This document shows positions 54,162-64,000 of a stretch of DNA of 64,000 nucleotides, one piece after another; positions within the stretch are counted from its first letter, which is position 1, and each line of letters begins with the position of its first letter. The stretch lies in contig JANMTS010000035.1 in assembly GCA_031390755.1 (NCBI GenBank), positions 28,758-92,757 of the forward strand, given 5' to 3'. This DNA is from Holophagales bacterium (GTDB taxonomy: Bacteria > Acidobacteriota > Thermoanaerobaculia > Multivoradales > UBA5704). The notes under the pieces are model-generated. The model did no database searches and was not told where the DNA came from. It saw nothing but the letters and a program-made list of their open reading frames with translations. A program made the position numbers and the translations under genes.

Positions 54162-54985
54162 CCCGAGATCGCCTCCCGATCCAGAGTGCTCGTCTCGCGG
54201 GTGGTGCGATAGAGGAGGATGTCGCCGCTCTCCGTCTGGTGGATGCGCACGAGGTTCAGGCGCGCCAGCTCCAGCACGGCGAGGAAGGCGGACACGGCCT
54301 CGGACCGGCAGGAGCGCGTGCGCAGGTCGTCGACGAGGTCGAACGGCCGGGCCGCGTCGAGCAGGCCGAGCAGGCGGTCGAACTGGCTGCGGACCGAGAA
54401 CGCCTCCAGGGTGAGCTGGAGCGGCGGCGGATGCTCCCGATCGTAGCGCACCAGCGCCTGGCGCAGCGCGCCGACCAGATCGAAGAGCGAGATGTCGCCC
54501 AGCTCGATCGTGCCGTCGTCCTCCGGCGCCTGGGGCAGCGGCTGGGGCTTGCGCGTCCAGATGCCCATGCGCAGCCGGTCGACCTCCGCGAAGGACTGGG
54601 CGATCTCCTTGAGCCGCCGGTATTCGAGGAGGCGCTGGACCAGCTCCTGCCGCGGGTCTTCCTCGGGCTCGCCCTCGGCCTTGGCCGGCCGCGGCAGCAG
54701 CATCTTGGACTTGAGGTGGATGAGGAGCGCCGCCTCGTAGATGTACTCGCCCGCCACGTCGAGGTTCAGCTCACCCATGAGCGCCAGGTAGGCGTGGAAC
54801 TGGTCGCAGATGGTCGCCACCGGGATGTCGGTGATCTCCACCCGGTTGAGCTTGATCAGGTGCAGCAGGAGATCGAGCGGCCCCTCGAACACCGGCAGGT
54901 GGACGCGCCACGTCTCCGGCAGCAGGGCCGAGACCTCGAACGAGCCCTGCCCGTTGCCTGAACCGTCTGAACCGTCTGAGCTCAT
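54158..54985 (-). CDS. scpA: Segregation and condensation protein A
   Basis: Start MSSDGSDGSG.. (275 aa). ScpA block FEGPLDLLLHLIKLNRVEITDIPVATICDQF. ATGA overlaps at both ends. The 395-aa track ORF is a spurious extension. Confidence 0.85.
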   Translation of the reverse strand: MSSDGSDGSGNGQGSFEVSALLPETWRVHLPVFEGPLDLLLHLIKLNRVEITDIPVATICDQFHAYLALMGELNLDVAGEYIYEAALLIHLKSKMLLPRPAKAEGEPEEDPRQELVQRLLEYRRLKEIAQSFAEVDRLRMGIWTRKPQPLPQAPEDDGTIELGDISLFDLVGALRQALVRYDREHPPPLQLTLEAFSVRSQFDRLLGLLDAARPFDLVDDLRTRSCRSEAVSAFLAVLELARLNLVRIHQTESGDILLYRTTRETSTLDREAISG

Positions 54986-55995
54986 CCGTGGACCTTCTGC
55001 AGGAGCTTCCGGTAGTCCAGCCCCATGGCGGAGCGCGCCAGCTCCATGGTCTCGCCGGCCTGCTCGCGGGCGCGGCGGGAGCCGTCGAGGAGAATGTCCC
55101 AGACGGTGTCGCGGTCCAGCTGGCGGCGGCGCTCGCGCATCGGCTCCAGGAGCTCGTTGATGATGCCGGCGAGCAGCTTCTTGTCGTCCACGCAGCCGAT
55201 CTCGGCGGCCTTGCACTGGTGCCAGACCCGCTCCTTCACGTCGTCGGGGGACATCAGCTTGTGGAACTCGTAGAGGTTGCAGACCTCCGGCCGGCCCGGG
55301 TCCTTGCGCATGATGCGCTCCGGGTCGGTGAACATCTGCTTGCACTTGTTGAGCACCACGTCCGCCGGGTCGGAGAGGTTGATCGCGTTGCCGTACGATT
55401 TGGACATCTTGCGGCCGTCGATGCCGGGCACCTTGGGCGTCGGCGTGAACAGCGCCTTGGGCTCGGGGAACGTGTCGCCGTAGAGCGAGTTGAAGCGGCG
55501 GACGATCTCGCGCGCCAGCTCCAGGTGGCTCGACTGGTCCTCCCCCACCGGCACGAAGTGGGCGCGGTAGACGGCGACGTCCACGGTCTGGAGCACGGGG
55601 TAGCCCAGAAAGCCGTAGTTCGACAGATCCTTGTTCTCGATGTTCTGGGCCTGTTCCTTGTAGGTCGGAACGCGCTCCAGCCAGCCGATCGGCGTGATCA
55701 TCGAGAACAGCAGGTGCAACTCGGCGTGCTCGGGCACGAGCGACTGCACGAAGATCACGGACTGCTGCGGATCGAGTCCGGCGGCGAGCCAGTCGGTGAC
55801 CATGTCGACGGTGTTCTGCGCCACCTGGGACGGGTCGGCGTAGTCGCTCGTCAGGGCGTGCCAGTCCGCCGCCATGTAGAGGCAGTGGTAGCGGCTCTGG
55901 AGGTCGATCCAGTTCTTGAGGGCCCCGAAGTAGTTGCCCAGGTGGATCTTGCCCGTCGAGCGCATGCCCGAGAGCACGGTCTGCTGTTGCGTCAC
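54982..55995 (-). CDS. trpS: Tryptophanyl-tRNA synthetase
   Basis: GTG start at 55995 with a GGAGAG RBS 5 nt upstream (an ATG at MRSTGKIHLGNY is also possible). HIGH-type motif TGKIHLGNY and KMSKS motif KMSKSYGN. Confidence 0.85.
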   Translation of the reverse strand: MTQQQTVLSGMRSTGKIHLGNYFGALKNWIDLQSRYHCLYMAADWHALTSDYADPSQVAQNTVDMVTDWLAAGLDPQQSVIFVQSLVPEHAELHLLFSMITPIGWLERVPTYKEQAQNIENKDLSNYGFLGYPVLQTVDVAVYRAHFVPVGEDQSSHLELAREIVRRFNSLYGDTFPEPKALFTPTPKVPGIDGRKMSKSYGNAINLSDPADVVLNKCKQMFTDPERIMRKDPGRPEVCNLYEFHKLMSPDDVKERVWHQCKAAEIGCVDDKKLLAGIINELLEPMRERRRQLDRDTVWDILLDGSRRAREQAGETMELARSAMGLDYRKLLQKVHG

Positions 55996-56042
55996 GGTCT
56001 CTCCTCTATCCCTTCCTGGCCTCTCGCCTGGTCTGGCAAAAT

Positions 56043-56100
56043 CCGTAGGGGCAACCCTTGTGGTTGCCCTCCAGAGGGCGGCCACAAGGGCCGCCCCTCC
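56043..56100. repeat. REP/MITE-like element family 2, shortened copy 3 (central 25 bp deleted)
   Basis: ccgtaggggcaacccttgtggttgccct + ccagagggcggccacaagggccgcccctcc, seen directly. Confidence 0.6.
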
Positions 56101-56101
56101 A

Positions 56102-56617
56102 TTACGCCCTGGCCGCCCGGGGGGCTTTCTTCACAGCCGGGGCCAGCCGGCGGTCGATGTCGGCCATCAGCCGCTCGTTGGCTTCGAGCACGCCCTTCTC
56201 AATCCACAGGGTCCGCAGCTGGGCGGCGAGCGCGGCCCAGAAGAGGACGTGGTGGATCCACACCGGCAGTGTGCCGGTGGCCGCGCCGCCGCCGAGGATG
56301 AAGGTCGCCATGGCGAGGCCCATCGCTAGCATCAGCGGCGGATAGGACTTGTTCTTGTAGGCCTTGGTCTGCTCGATCAGGTCGGGATCGAGCCTGTTCT
56401 CGTTGACCGCGTCCTTGATCGCCTTGCCGGTGCCGATCAGGTAGAACATGATCCAGCAGTGGGAGAACAGGAGCAGCAGGCAGGAGGCGAGGGCCACGAG
56501 CACGTGGCGCGACATCTCGGAGCCCACCGGGCTCACGAGCAGGTAGCCCAGGACGGCGGTCGCGGCCAGCCCGAGGGTGGCCATGAAGCCGACGATGAGG
56601 AGAGCGCGGCCCATCAT
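56102..56617 (-). CDS. Small integral membrane protein (4 predicted TM helices), function unknown
   Basis: Start MMGRALLIVGFMATLGLAATAVLGYLLV (171 aa). 4-nt overlap with the upstream GT4 gene. The 421-aa track ORF is a spurious extension. Confidence 0.5.
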   Translation of the reverse strand: MMGRALLIVGFMATLGLAATAVLGYLLVSPVGSEMSRHVLVALASCLLLLFSHCWIMFYLIGTGKAIKDAVNENRLDPDLIEQTKAYKNKSYPPLMLAMGLAMATFILGGGAATGTLPVWIHHVLFWAALAAQLRTLWIEKGVLEANERLMADIDRRLAPAVKKAPRAARA

Positions 56618-57851
56618 GGCCGGGTCTCCGAGCTCGGTGGCTTCGGTGGGTTCGGTTCGATTGCGTGTCGCATCTCTTCGTCTCCCGATTCGCCGAGCAC
56701 CACCCGCCGCCAGGAGGCGACGGCGTTGCGCGGCCTGTACCTCTCGTCCACGCGGCGCCGGCCTTCCGCGCCGCGGCGCCGCGCCTCGTCCGGCCGCGCC
56801 AGAACCTCCTCCAGCACCGCGGTCAGGGCGCCGGGGTTCTCCTGCGGCACGAGCCAGCCGGTGCGGCCGTCCTCGACCACCTCGGGGATCCCGCTCACCG
56901 CGCTCGCCACCACCGGCAGCCCGGCGGCCATGGCTTCGAGCACCACGAGCGGCATGCCCTCGTAGGTCGAGGGCACGACCAGCGCCGCGGCGCCCTGGAA
57001 CAGCTCGCGCACCCGGGCGGCTTCGCAGCGCCCCAGGAAGCGGATCTCGGTCCCGGGCGTCTGCCGGCGCACCTCGCCGGCCTTGAGCTCGAGCGCGGCC
57101 CGGTGCTCGCCGTCGCCCGCGATCAGCAGGCGCATGCCGGGCCGGAGGGCTTCCAGCAGCACCTCCACGCCCTTGCGGATGCGCAGCCGCCCGACGAACA
57201 GGAGATATCCCGGAAGCTCGCCCCCCCCGGCCGGAACGTCGATCGCCACGCCTCCGGTCGCGTTGGGCAGCACGGACGCGGCGCCGACCCGGTAGTCGCG
57301 GCACACCTCGGCGGCGGTGGCCGCGCTCGGCGCCAGGATCAGGTCCGCCGCCTGCGCGGAGATCCATCCCAGGAGGATCTGGAGCGGCGCCTTGAGCCAG
57401 CGGAAGCGGCGCTCGACCGCCCCGGGACGCCCCATCACCCGGCCGTCCGCCGCCACCAGGGGGCGCACGGCCCGAAGCTCTTCGACGTAGCTCACCTGGA
57501 GCAGGGCCACGAGGAGGGGCCGGGGATCGGGGCGCGGCGGCAGGCTCCTCCAGAGCCGGACCAGCAGCGCCGCGAAGCCGCCGTCCGATTCGTGGACCTG
57601 CACCACATGGGGCCGGAAGCGCCGGAGCGCCCGCCAGACCGCCGGCACCGCCAGCAGCGGAAACAGCAGCTTGGGACCCGGAGCCTGGCCCGGGCCGCGG
57701 CCCAGAATTTCCACCACGCAGCCGGTTTCCCGCAGACCGGCCGCCAACTGTAACACCTGTTCGCCGACGCCGGAAACGTCCCGCGGCGGCAGGGTGTTGG
57801 CGACGAGAAGCACGCGCAGGGGCGGCGCGGCGGGGTTCGGGCCTGGAGAGA

Positions 57852-57855
<4 letters not shown>
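56614..57855 (-). CDS. Family 4 glycosyltransferase (GT4, GT-B fold)
   Basis: 413 aa with a C-terminal EX7E-type region VVPSTYEGMPLVVLEAMAAGLPVVASAVSGIPEVVEDGRTGWLV. Confidence 0.75.
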
Positions 57856-59897
<2,042 letters not shown>

Positions 59898-59923
59898 AGG
59901 GGCCGACAGCTCCAGAGCCAGGG

Positions 59924-60742
59924 TCAGGGCACCTGGAACTTGAGGGCGACCACGCCGCAGCGCACCTCGTCGCCGGGCTTGATCTCGGACGGCACCCCCG
60001 TCTCCAGCCGGGCGCCGTTGACGAACGTGCTGTTCATCGTGCCGATCTCCTCGCCGACGAAGAACTTGTTGCCGCGGCGGTAGATCTTGGCGTGGCGGCG
60101 GCTGATCGACCGCTGGGTGTCCACCGGCGAGAGGTCGACATCCGGATAGATGCCGGTGACCGCGTCCTTGCGGCCGATGGTGGTCTCGGGGCCGGTCGAG
60201 AGCGGGAACTCCATGCCCGAGGAGGCATGGATGAGCTTCTCGGGGCCGTCGGCCTGCGCCTGCACGGCCATGCGCGGCATCTCCCGGGAGACGCTGGAGA
60301 CAGCCTCGCGGTTGGTGGTCGACGACCGCAGCAGCTCGTCGGTCTCGCGCAGCCGGCGGGCCAGCTTGCGCATCATCCGCACCGCGACCTCGGGGTTGCT
60401 GCGCAGCATCTGGTCGAAGGTGGAGCCGTTGATCTGGAGGAGCTTGACCTCGGTGACCGCGCGGGCCGAGGCGGCGCGCGGCAGGTCTTCCAGGATGGAC
60501 ATCTCGCCGAAGAAGTCGCCCTTCTCCAGCACCGAGAGGAGCGTCTCGTTGCTGCCCGAGCCGCTCAGGATCTCCACCTTGCCCTCGTGGATGATGTACA
60601 TCTCGGTGCCGAGCTCGCCCTCGCGGAAGACGAAATCGCCGTCCTTGTGCTCGATGAGGTAGCCGGCGGAGGTCTTCCGCACGGCTCCCGGAGGCTGAGA
60701 GGCCGGCGCGCCGCCAGTCGTCTTGAAGACGGGATTGCTCAT
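59924..60742 (-). CDS. Cyclic-nucleotide-binding (cNMP/CAP-like) + FHA domain signalling protein
   Basis: Start MSNPVFKTTGG (ATG 60742..60740). cNMP block FREGELGTEMYIIHEGKVEIL..GDFFGEMSIL..RAASARAVT. FHA block TTIGRKDAVTGIYPDVDLSPVDTQRSISRRHAKIYRRGNKFFVGEEIGTMNSTFVNGARL. Confidence 0.7.
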   Translation of the reverse strand: MSNPVFKTTGGAPASQPPGAVRKTSAGYLIEHKDGDFVFREGELGTEMYIIHEGKVEILSGSGSNETLLSVLEKGDFFGEMSILEDLPRAASARAVTEVKLLQINGSTFDQMLRSNPEVAVRMMRKLARRLRETDELLRSSTTNREAVSSVSREMPRMAVQAQADGPEKLIHASSGMEFPLSTGPETTIGRKDAVTGIYPDVDLSPVDTQRSISRRHAKIYRRGNKFFVGEEIGTMNSTFVNGARLETGVPSEIKPGDEVRCGVVALKFQVP

Positions 60743-60765
60743 ATGTTGGTTGATCCCATTCTCGC

Positions 60766-61677
60766 TCAGGAACCGATTTCCATCTGGAGGCGACCGGCCT
60801 GGAGGCGGGCTCGCAGCCCCAGAGGAAGCGTCCAGTTCTGCGGCACGTGGCCCATGGGAAGCCCCCACGCCAGGGGATGCGGCCAGCCAGGAAGGCACTC
60901 CCGAATCACTGCCGGCCATCCGGCCGCCTCGGCGCCCTTCCCCGTCACATGGCCGATCATCATGCCCGCTATCTTATCGAGATTACCCGACAGCCGGAGG
61001 TGGGTCAACATTCGGTCGATCCGGTACGGAGCCTCCTGAACGTCCTCCCACACCACCACCGCGCCCTCCAGGTCCGGAAACCAGGGCGTCCCGACCGTGG
61101 CGGCAAGCAGGCTCAGACACCCGCCGACGAGCGGCCCCTCGACCACCGTCCCCTTCGCCGGCTCCCGGAGCCATCCCTCGAACGGCATCTCCACCGGATA
61201 GCGTCCGGCGAGCGCTCCGAGCAGCGACGCCTCCTCCTCCGGCTCCAATCCGCGCGCCAGCTCGCCGCCCACCAGGGGGCCATGGAACGCCACGAGGCCG
61301 AGCCGACGCACGACCTCATTCAGGAAGGGGGTGAGATCCGAATAGCCGACGTACGCCCGGGGGACTCGGGCCAGCAGCTCCCAGTCCAGCCCGGGAAGGA
61401 TGCGAGGCACGCCGTAACCGCCGCGAGTGAAGAAGATCGCCCGCAGGCTCGGATCGGCCGCCAGCCGGTGAAACGCGGCCAGCCGCTCCAAGTCACCGCC
61501 GGCCAGATAACCCTGGCGGGAGAGGACGTTGTCCGCCAGCACCGGCTCGAAGCCGAGCCGCCGAAGCGATTCGAGACCGGCCTCCAGCTTCTCCGGATCG
61601 ACCGGACCGGACAGCGCGGCAATTCCGATGCGGTCGCCGGGACCGCACGGAGGGGGTAACTCAGGAGTGGAGATCAA
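60766..61677 (-). CDS. ldcA: LD-carboxypeptidase (muramoyltetrapeptide carboxypeptidase, peptidase S66)
   Basis: 303 aa. IGIAALSGPVD, VGYSDLTPFLN (catalytic Ser context), WEDVQEAPYRIDRMLTHLRLSG, MGHV. Confidence 0.75.
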   Translation of the reverse strand: MISTPELPPPCGPGDRIGIAALSGPVDPEKLEAGLESLRRLGFEPVLADNVLSRQGYLAGGDLERLAAFHRLAADPSLRAIFFTRGGYGVPRILPGLDWELLARVPRAYVGYSDLTPFLNEVVRRLGLVAFHGPLVGGELARGLEPEEEASLLGALAGRYPVEMPFEGWLREPAKGTVVEGPLVGGCLSLLAATVGTPWFPDLEGAVVVWEDVQEAPYRIDRMLTHLRLSGNLDKIAGMMIGHVTGKGAEAAGWPAVIRECLPGWPHPLAWGLPMGHVPQNWTLPLGLRARLQAGRLQMEIGS

Positions 61678-61730
61678 AGGCCGGAGAGCTCCATGGGAGG
61701 ATGTTTTGAAAGCCCGGCTTCACCGCGCGG

Positions 61731-61807
61731 AGTCCTCACCCCCTGGCCCCCTCTCCCGGGGTTGGGGGGCTGGGAGATGGGAGAGGGGGTCGGGGGGTGA
61801 GGATTCC
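61731..61807. repeat. REP-like element family 3, full-length copy with terminal inverted repeats (TCCTCACCCC...GGGGTGAGGA)
   Basis: Seen directly. Confidence 0.55.
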
Positions 61808-61818
61808 ATGGGAGGCCC

Positions 61819-61896
61819 GTTCCAGTTTAGCAGCAACCTGCCTGCCTGGAGGGGCACTCGGACGTGGAGTCAAATGCCGGAGAGCTCCATAAGCCG
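61819..61896. repeat. 78-bp direct repeat, copy 1 (GTTCCAGTTTAGCAGCAACCTGCCTGCCTGGAGGGGCACTCGGACGTGGAGTCAAATGCCGGAGAGCTCCATAAGCCG), duplicate of the rnpB 3' end and flank
   Basis: Copy 2 at 62438..62516 differs by one substitution and one 1-bp indel. Copy 2 overlaps the 3' end of rnpB. Confidence 0.8.
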
Positions 61897-61916
61897 TATC
61901 GCGTAGCCTCCGAGGA

Positions 61917-62213
61917 TCAACTCCGTCCCCACCAGTAGAACGGGCGCCGGCTCTGGTGCATGACCGCCAGGATGCGAATCTCCCCGGGGTGGAGCGTGAA
62001 GAGAATGCTGTAGGGGAACCTGCGAACGAGCTTGCGGCGGATGGCTCCGCGGAGAACCGGAGCCAATTCAGGCTGCTCGCGCAACTCGGTGAGGGCCATG
62101 TCCATGGCATCCAGGAAGGCGACTCGAAGCGTGGGAGACTCCAGGCCGTAGAAGTTGGCGGCCTCTTGAGCTTCGCTGCGGGCCTGCTCGTTGAACGAGA
62201 CGGCCCAGGTCAC
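61917..62213 (-). CDS. RelE/ParE-family type II toxin
   Basis: 98 aa: ..LRGAIRRKLVRRFPYSILFTLHPGEIRILAVMHQSRRP.. 4-nt overlap with the upstream antitoxin. Confidence 0.7.
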   Translation of the reverse strand: MTWAVSFNEQARSEAQEAANFYGLESPTLRVAFLDAMDMALTELREQPELAPVLRGAIRRKLVRRFPYSILFTLHPGEIRILAVMHQSRRPFYWWGRS

Positions 62214-62434
62214 CCGACCGTCGACCTCAGCTCGCGCATCACCTGCTCGGCCGGAATCCCCTTGACCTCGCCGGCTTCCCAGGCCTGCTCACGGCGCTCC
62301 GCCTCGTCGAGCCACAACGCCTCGACCTCCTCCTTGGACAGCTCGTCCAGGCTCCGGAGCAGAACCTCCGCAAGCCGCGCACGGGTAGGCGGATCCAGCT
62401 TCAGGACTTCGCTTTCCAACTCGGTGGGCTTCAT
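62210..62434 (-). CDS. Putative addiction-module antitoxin (TIGR02574-like) paired with the RelE/ParE toxin
   Basis: Start MKPTELESEVLKLDPPTRARLAEVLLRSLDE.. (74 aa). ATG 62434..62432 lies 3 nt from direct-repeat copy 2. Confidence 0.6.
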   Translation of the reverse strand: MKPTELESEVLKLDPPTRARLAEVLLRSLDELSKEEVEALWLDEAERREQAWEAGEVKGIPAEQVMRELRSTVG

Positions 62435-62437
62435 GGC

Positions 62438-62516
62438 GTTCCAGTTTAGCAGCAACCTGCCTGCATGGAGGGGCACTCGGGACGTGGAGTCAAATGCCGG
62501 AGAGCTCCATAAGCCG
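62438..62516. repeat. 78-bp direct repeat, copy 2 (covers the rnpB 3' end and its downstream flank)
   Basis: See copy 1. Confidence 0.8.
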
Positions 62517-62910
62517 AGTTCTGTATCTCCGGCCGAAGCCGGATAGCTGTCATTCCTCTGGGACCGGCGTTGCCACCGGCCTCCAGCAACCTACCCGGGA
62601 GTTGGCCCCGGACCCGAAGGTCCGAGGGCGGGACGGGCAGCCCGACTACCACTCCCCTATTTGGTCTTGCGCCGCATGGGGTTTTCCGTGCCTTCGCCGT
62701 CGCCGACGAAGCGGTGCGCTCTTACCGCACCATTTCACCCTTACCGGGACCCGCGCCCCGAGGGACGAAGGCTCCGGCGGTATCTTTTCTGTTTCACTTT
62801 CCGTCGCGTCGCCGCGCCTCGCCGTTAGCGAGCATGCTGCCCGTCGGAGCTCGGACTTTCCTCTCCAGGCCGTCCCGAAGGACGCTTGGAGCGACCGCCT
62901 GGACCTCTCC
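62499..62910 (-). ncRNA. rnpB: RNase P RNA, bacterial type A
   Basis: The reverse complement contains the universally conserved blocks GGAGAGGAAAGTCCGAGCTCCGAC (P4 5' strand), AAGGGTGAAATGGTGCGGTAAGAGCGCACC (P10-P12 region) and ACAGAACTCGGCTTATGGAGCTCTCC (P4 3' strand plus P1 closing). The ends are approximate (+/-10 nt). Confidence 0.85.
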
Positions 62911-62959
62911 GGCGGGCACATCTTACCCCAACCCGAGCCGTCCCCACCGCCCGCCGTCC

Positions 62960-63230
62960 CGAATTCTGATGCGACAAACAAGGTTGCCGCTGCGACAAAC
63001 AGGATTTTGCAGCGACAAACCCGTGAGTCACATCAGAATACCCGTGAGTCGCAGCAGAAATCTTGTTTGTCGCAGCAGAATACCCGACTTTGGATGCGAC
63101 AAACAGGAATTCTGCTGCGACTCGGATGTGAGTTGATGCGACAGACGGGTTTTTTGCTGCGACTCAGTGGAATTTTGATGTGACAAACAGGGCTGTCGAT
63201 GTGAGTTGCGGGCAGTTGGATGCGAAATGG
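62960..63230. repeat. Cluster of degenerate direct and inverted repeats built on the motif (GA)TGCGACAAACA(GG); the last three form an about 42-bp tandem unit. Located 50-320 bp upstream of the rnpB 5' end
   Basis: Motif copies at about 62966, 62991, 63011, 63066 (inverted, GTTTGTCGCAGCAG), 63093, 63135 and 63177. The companion motif TGCTGCGACTC recurs at 63110 and 63157. The ORFs over it are low-complexity and rejected. Confidence 0.6.
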
Positions 63231-63304
63231 AGGCTTGTTGCAACAAGATTCCCGGAGGCACGGGTTGGGGCCGCTCAACGCCCGGCCCCACCCGCCATCG
63301 CCGG

Positions 63305-63576
63305 TCAGTCCCGGCCGTTCGGGTCGAGCGACGGGCCTTCGTCCGTTCGGGCCAAGCCATCCGGGTCGAGCGAACCGCCCGTGTCCGGCTTGCCGTTCGG
63401 ATCGAGCGACGAGCCCGTTTCCGCCCAGAGGCCGGTCAGGAAGCTCCACAGGCCGGGCAGCCAGCGGTCCAGGGAGACTCTTTCGCGGGAGGGACCGGCA
63501 GCTCCGGCCAGGGCCGGGGTGAGGAGGAGAAGCAGGAGGAGGGCGCAGGCGGCGCGGCGGGCGTGGATACGGAGCA
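63305..63576 (-). CDS. Small secreted protein with SLDP(N/D)G repeats
   Basis: Signal peptide MLRIHARRAACALLLLLLLTPALAGAAG. Three copies of the G(S)SLDPNG-type motif (DNA repeat gttcgggtcgagcga x3). Weak call. Confidence 0.3.
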
Positions 63577-63905
63577 TCGGGACATCCCCTTTCGGGACGG
63601 CGTCCGGCCCGGACCGGCGTGGCCCGTCGGGCCGTCCCCGGCCGCCTAGCATCGCACCCGCCGAGGAAACGATCCATCGAAGCATCATTTTCATGGCTCG
63701 AAAGACATGATCTCGACGGCGCCCGCGCTCCGTGTCCCGTTCCGGCCCGGCTGCGGCATCTCTCCTCTTGAAGAAACAGCTCAACGTGGACGACACTAGA
63801 GGAGACGACCGACATGCAGAAGAGCCGCCCGGCCCGCTGGAGAAGGGCCACGACGAAGACTCTCGACTTTCGCCGCCGAGGCGAGGATGCCTTCCGGAGG
63901 GATGA

Positions 63906-64000
63906 ATGAACGAAGACAACCGATGGGCCGACCCTGTGCGGCTCGGGCGAGCCCTGGCGGCGTTGCGCAACTCGCTCAATTGGACGCAGGCCCGGCTGGC
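63906..64000 (+). CDS. Putative XRE-family helix-turn-helix regulator, N-terminal part (runs off window end)
   Basis: MNEDNRWADPVRLGRALAALRNSLNWTQARLA. HTH-like (LGxxLxxLRxxxxxTQxxLA). Only 31 codons are visible. Confidence 0.3.
   Translation, partial: MNEDNRWADPVRLGRALAALRNSLNWTQARL

Noticed and set aside
62570-63136. 188-aa and 229-aa plus-strand ORFs and 111-aa minus ORF
   Set aside because: They cover the rnpB gene and the repeat array. They are non-coding.
62960-63230. Replication origin / DnaA-box cluster
   Set aside because: The motif TGCGACAAACA matches the DnaA box (TTGTCCACA / TTATCCACA) poorly, and no dnaA/dnaN genes are adjacent.

Overview
This is a 64-kb, high-GC (about 68-70 %) bacterial chromosomal segment. 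It is gene-dense, with most genes on the minus strand and many 4-bp start/stop overlaps (ATGA/GTGA), consistent with long operons. The extra overlapping ORFs in the six-frame track are overwhelmingly antisense or out-of-frame artefacts of the high GC content and were discarded.

Housekeeping genes recognised from the translations are lgt (partial), xerD, a LeuA-like/LeuB-like pair, an M28 aminopeptidase, aceE (PDH E1), cmk, rluB, scpA/scpB, trpS, recG, ldcA and ridA. An RNase P RNA gene (rnpB) that the ORF track does not show is also present.

Several accessory modules are interspersed with these:
- 6.6-14.8 kb: a minus-strand cluster starting with an ECF sigma factor and an anti-sigma factor. 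It continues with a secreted TPR-CHAT protein, a 71-aa tandem-repeat peptide, a cytoplasmic gingipain(C25)-like clan-CD peptidase, a helical protein, and a CHAT-TM-FGE(sulfatase-modifying-factor-like) fusion. This is the best candidate for an undescribed proteolytic signalling or conflict system.
- 18.3-21.8 kb: a 1162-aa zinc-ribbon / class-III nucleotidyl cyclase / STAND-ATPase / TPR protein.
- 22.2-27.3 kb: a small defense islet. It holds a TAT-secreted ankyrin protein bracketed by direct copies of a 100-bp palindromic element, an AbiEi/AbiEii type IV TA pair, an orphan 4-repeat CRISPR mini-array, a retropepsin-like protease remnant, REP-like elements and a 21-bp x 12 minisatellite.
- 28.7-31.8 kb: tandemly duplicated secreted DUF900 alpha/beta-hydrolases.
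- 32.0-35.8 kb: a copper-resistance-like cluster (Cys/His-rich small protein, multicopper oxidase, TolC-like protein, YHS protein).
- 36.8-41.9 kb: an EgtB-like sulfoxide synthase and a 950-aa patatin-like phospholipase whose Ser and Asp motifs are separated by a polytopic membrane insertion. The pair is flanked by two DUF427 paralogs.
- 61.8-62.5 kb: a RelE/ParE TA cassette bounded by 78-bp direct repeats derived from the 3' end of rnpB. A cluster of TGCGACAAACA-type repeats lies upstream of rnpB.

Two genes look disrupted: a nitronate monooxygenase with a frameshift in a C-run, and a membrane-anchored protein with an in-frame TAG. Three families of REP/MITE-like short repeats recur in intergenic regions.

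No tools were used. All functional calls come from motif and family recognition in the translations and carry the stated uncertainty.
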